Positions 35,068 to 37,142 of a stretch of DNA of 37,142 nucleotides are shown piece by piece (position 1 is the stretch's first letter; each line of letters opens with the position of its first letter). This DNA is from a virus. The position numbers and the translations under genes were made by a program. The stretch is from UHGV virus genome UHGV-1374863. One strand, given 5' to 3'. The notes beneath the pieces were generated by a model. That model was not told where the DNA came from. It did not search any database and saw nothing but the letters and a program-made list of their open reading frames with translations.

Positions 35068-35649
35068 ATGAAAATAGTTAAATTGTTTGGGGTATCTCTA
35101 TTCTCTTTTGCCATCTTGGCTGGGTGTTCATCTACTGATAACAGTACGTCAGAAGTAAATAAATTAAAGACAACTGTATCAAGTTTAAAAGAGGAAAATA
35201 AAAAATTAAGCACAAAAGCTAGTCAGCTTGATGAAATACTTGATGCTTTCGGAACTACCGATTCTAGTAAGCAGGAAGGCCAGTCTACTGACTCATCCAA
35301 TACTTTAAAATTTAATGAATCTGGAACGTTTGGTAGTGGCGAAAAAATTACAGTCATTTCTGCTGAAGATGCGCCCAATCATCAATTGCATGAACCAAAA
35401 GATGGTGAACATCCTGTGGAAGTAAAAGCAATTGTAGAGAATACTACTAGTTCACCTATCAGCTTTAATGTTCAAAATTTTGCCATGTATGATAGTAACT
35501 CTGAATTAGCTGATTTCGATGCGAGCACGTATCAAAACAATATACCTAATGATATAGCTGCTGGAATGAAAGCTAATATAACTTTTTACTTCTCTTCAAA
35601 AGGTTCTGGTCCATATGTTGTTACATTTGGAGATGGTATGTGGAAGTAA
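35068..35649 (+). CDS. Lipoprotein (lipobox LAGC), prophage-encoded candidate superinfection-exclusion protein
   Basis: Signal peptide MKIVKLFGVSLFSFAILAGC; lies between the immunity genes and the integrase. Confidence 0.7.
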   Translation: MKIVKLFGVSLFSFAILAGCSSTDNSTSEVNKLKTTVSSLKEENKKLSTKASQLDEILDAFGTTDSSKQEGQSTDSSNTLKFNESGTFGSGEKITVISAEDAPNHQLHEPKDGEHPVEVKAIVENTTSSPISFNVQNFAMYDSNSELADFDASTYQNNIPNDIAAGMKANITFYFSSKGSGPYVVTFGDGMWK

Positions 35650-35727
35650 TAAATATCTCTTCTCTGGTGAGTTCAAGCGTGTTCGATTCACGCTAAGGGC
35701 TTCAATATTATGAAAGGAGAAAGTGAA

Positions 35728-37122
35728 TTGGATAAAAAAGCAGCTATCTATATCCGTGTATCCACTCAAGAACAAGCAACTGAAGGATATTCGATTCAAG
35801 CCCAAACCGATAGACTGACAAAATACGTTGAAGCCAAAGACTTTATTTTATACAAAAAGTATATCGATGCTGGCTATAGTGCTTCAAAATTAGAACGACC
35901 AGCGATGCAAGAACTGATTCAAGACGTGAAGTCTAAGAAAGTTGATGTAGTAATTGTCTATAAGCTTGATCGTCTCTCTCGTTCTCAAAAAGATACTATG
36001 TACTTAATTGAAGATATTTTCAGACCTAATGATGTTGAACTTATTTCAATGCAAGAAAGTTTTGATACATCTACCGCTTTTGGATCGGCGACTGTTGGAA
36101 TGCTATCCGTTTTCGCACAACTCGAACGTAAATCAATATCAGAGCGCATGATTACTGGTCGAGTCGAACGTGCAAAAAAGGGTTTTTATCACACAGGAGG
36201 ACAAGACAGACCCCCTGCTGGTTATCAGTTTAATAGTGATAACCAACTTATAATTAACGAGTATGAAGCAGCAGCGATTAAAGACTTGTTCAGGCTTTAT
36301 AATGATGGACTAGGAAAAAGCTCTATATCGGAATATCTTAAAAAAAATTATCCTGGCAAAAACAAATGGCTACCTAGCAGTATTGATCGCATGCTAAAAA
36401 ATTCATTATATATTGGCAAGGTAAAATTTTCAGGGGTCGAATATGATGGCATTCATGAACCTATAATTGACGAAGTCACCTTCTATAAAACTCAAAAAGA
36501 GATAGCCCGGAGAAAACAAAGCAATACTAAGCGATATAACTATGTTGCATTGTTGGGCGGATTATGTGAATGTGGCATTTGTGGCGCTAAAATGGCTAAC
36601 CGAAGAGCTGTCGGCCGTAAAGGAAAAGTCTATAGATATTATCGGTGCTACTCAAAAAAAGGTAGTCCTAAGCACATGATGAAAACAGATGGTTGTTCTT
36701 CTAAAGCGCAACAACAATTCATCATTGACGAAGCTGTTATAAACAATTTGAAAAACATTGACGTTGAGGCAGAATTAAAAAGGCGATCTGCTCCACAAAC
36801 GAATACATCCTTAATAAGTTCGCAAATCGAGAGTATCGACAAGCAAATAAACAAGTTAATTGATTTATTTCAAGTAGATTCAATGCCACTCGATGTAATT
36901 AGTGAAAAAATCGATAAATTGAATAAAGAAAAGCAAAGTATGGAAAAATTACTTGAACGAAAAAATAGACTAGATAAAACAGAACTACAACATCGATTTG
37001 ATATTTTAAAATCTTTTGATTGGGATAATTCAAGTATTGAAAGTAAAAGAGCAGTTATCGAAATGTTGGTTCAAAAAGTCATTATTCATGACAATTCAAT
37101 AGAAATTATACTTGTTGAGTAG
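35728..37122 (+). CDS. int: Large serine recombinase (integrase) with resolvase catalytic domain, recombinase domain and C-terminal zinc-ribbon/coiled-coil
   Basis: AAIYIRVSTQEQ catalytic Ser motif; VYKLDRLSRS; Cys cluster CECGICG...CYSKKG. TTG start at 35728 preceded by AAGGAG; the in-frame ATG at 35710 has no RBS. Confidence 0.9.
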   Translation: MDKKAAIYIRVSTQEQATEGYSIQAQTDRLTKYVEAKDFILYKKYIDAGYSASKLERPAMQELIQDVKSKKVDVVIVYKLDRLSRSQKDTMYLIEDIFRPNDVELISMQESFDTSTAFGSATVGMLSVFAQLERKSISERMITGRVERAKKGFYHTGGQDRPPAGYQFNSDNQLIINEYEAAAIKDLFRLYNDGLGKSSISEYLKKNYPGKNKWLPSSIDRMLKNSLYIGKVKFSGVEYDGIHEPIIDEVTFYKTQKEIARRKQSNTKRYNYVALLGGLCECGICGAKMANRRAVGRKGKVYRYYRCYSKKGSPKHMMKTDGCSSKAQQQFIIDEAVINNLKNIDVEAELKRRSAPQTNTSLISSQIESIDKQINKLIDLFQVDSMPLDVISEKIDKLNKEKQSMEKLLERKNRLDKTELQHRFDILKSFDWDNSSIESKRAVIEMLVQKVIIHDNSIEIILVE

Positions 37123-37142
37123 TGTTGTATCTTGATGTACAA

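Larger units (their letters stand above)
518..37142. mobile_element. Temperate Siphoviridae-like prophage (cos/HNH packaging module, serine integrase). True left boundary uncertain: at least 2476, possibly including the 518-2475 cargo operon. Right boundary at or beyond window end
   Basis: Complete, ordered lysis, tail, head, packaging, replication and lysogeny modules plus an integrase; gene order typical of low-GC Gram-positive temperate phages. Confidence 0.9.

Noticed and set aside
35676-35694. Hairpin AGCGTG/CACGCT between the lipoprotein and the integrase as a terminator or att core
   Set aside because: 6-bp stem without T-tract and no second copy in the window; insufficient evidence for either role
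35596-35805. 69-aa minus-strand ORF spanning the lipoprotein end and the integrase start
   Set aside because: Antisense overlap with two supported genes; no RBS

Overview
Nearly the whole window is one temperate siphovirus-type prophage of a low-GC Gram-positive host, probably Enterococcus-like (ArpU-family late regulator, amidase+SH3b lysin). Most genes lie on the minus strand. From left to right: a cargo region (114-2475) with a lone + strand gene and an AT-rich three-gene operon (ParA-like ATPase + 2 unknown proteins); a lysis cassette (holin, secreted amidase; 2583-4141); tail genes with a 1583-aa tape measure and a -1 frameshifted G/GT chaperone (4191-13418); major tail, neck, capsid, protease, portal, terL/terS, a putative cos region and an HNH (13473-23172); a phage tRNA-Arg(UCU) (23758-23831); an early region with ArpU, MazG, RecU and a pC194-type rolling-circle Rep (24091-31742); + strand membrane morons expressed from TGGTATAAT promoters (31845-33337); a cro/cI-like switch with three TTCGGTTTTTCCGAA operators plus a distal fourth; an ImmA-like protein, a lipoprotein, and a large serine integrase at the right edge (35728-37122). 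Prophage ends cannot be placed: serine integrases leave no long direct repeats and the right att site lies at or beyond the window edge. The best candidate for an undescribed system is the ParA-like three-gene operon just beyond the lysin. Two candidate short antisense RNAs (opposite the rep leader and opposite the arpU leader) are the next most interesting signals. No rRNA, CRISPR or transposase was seen.
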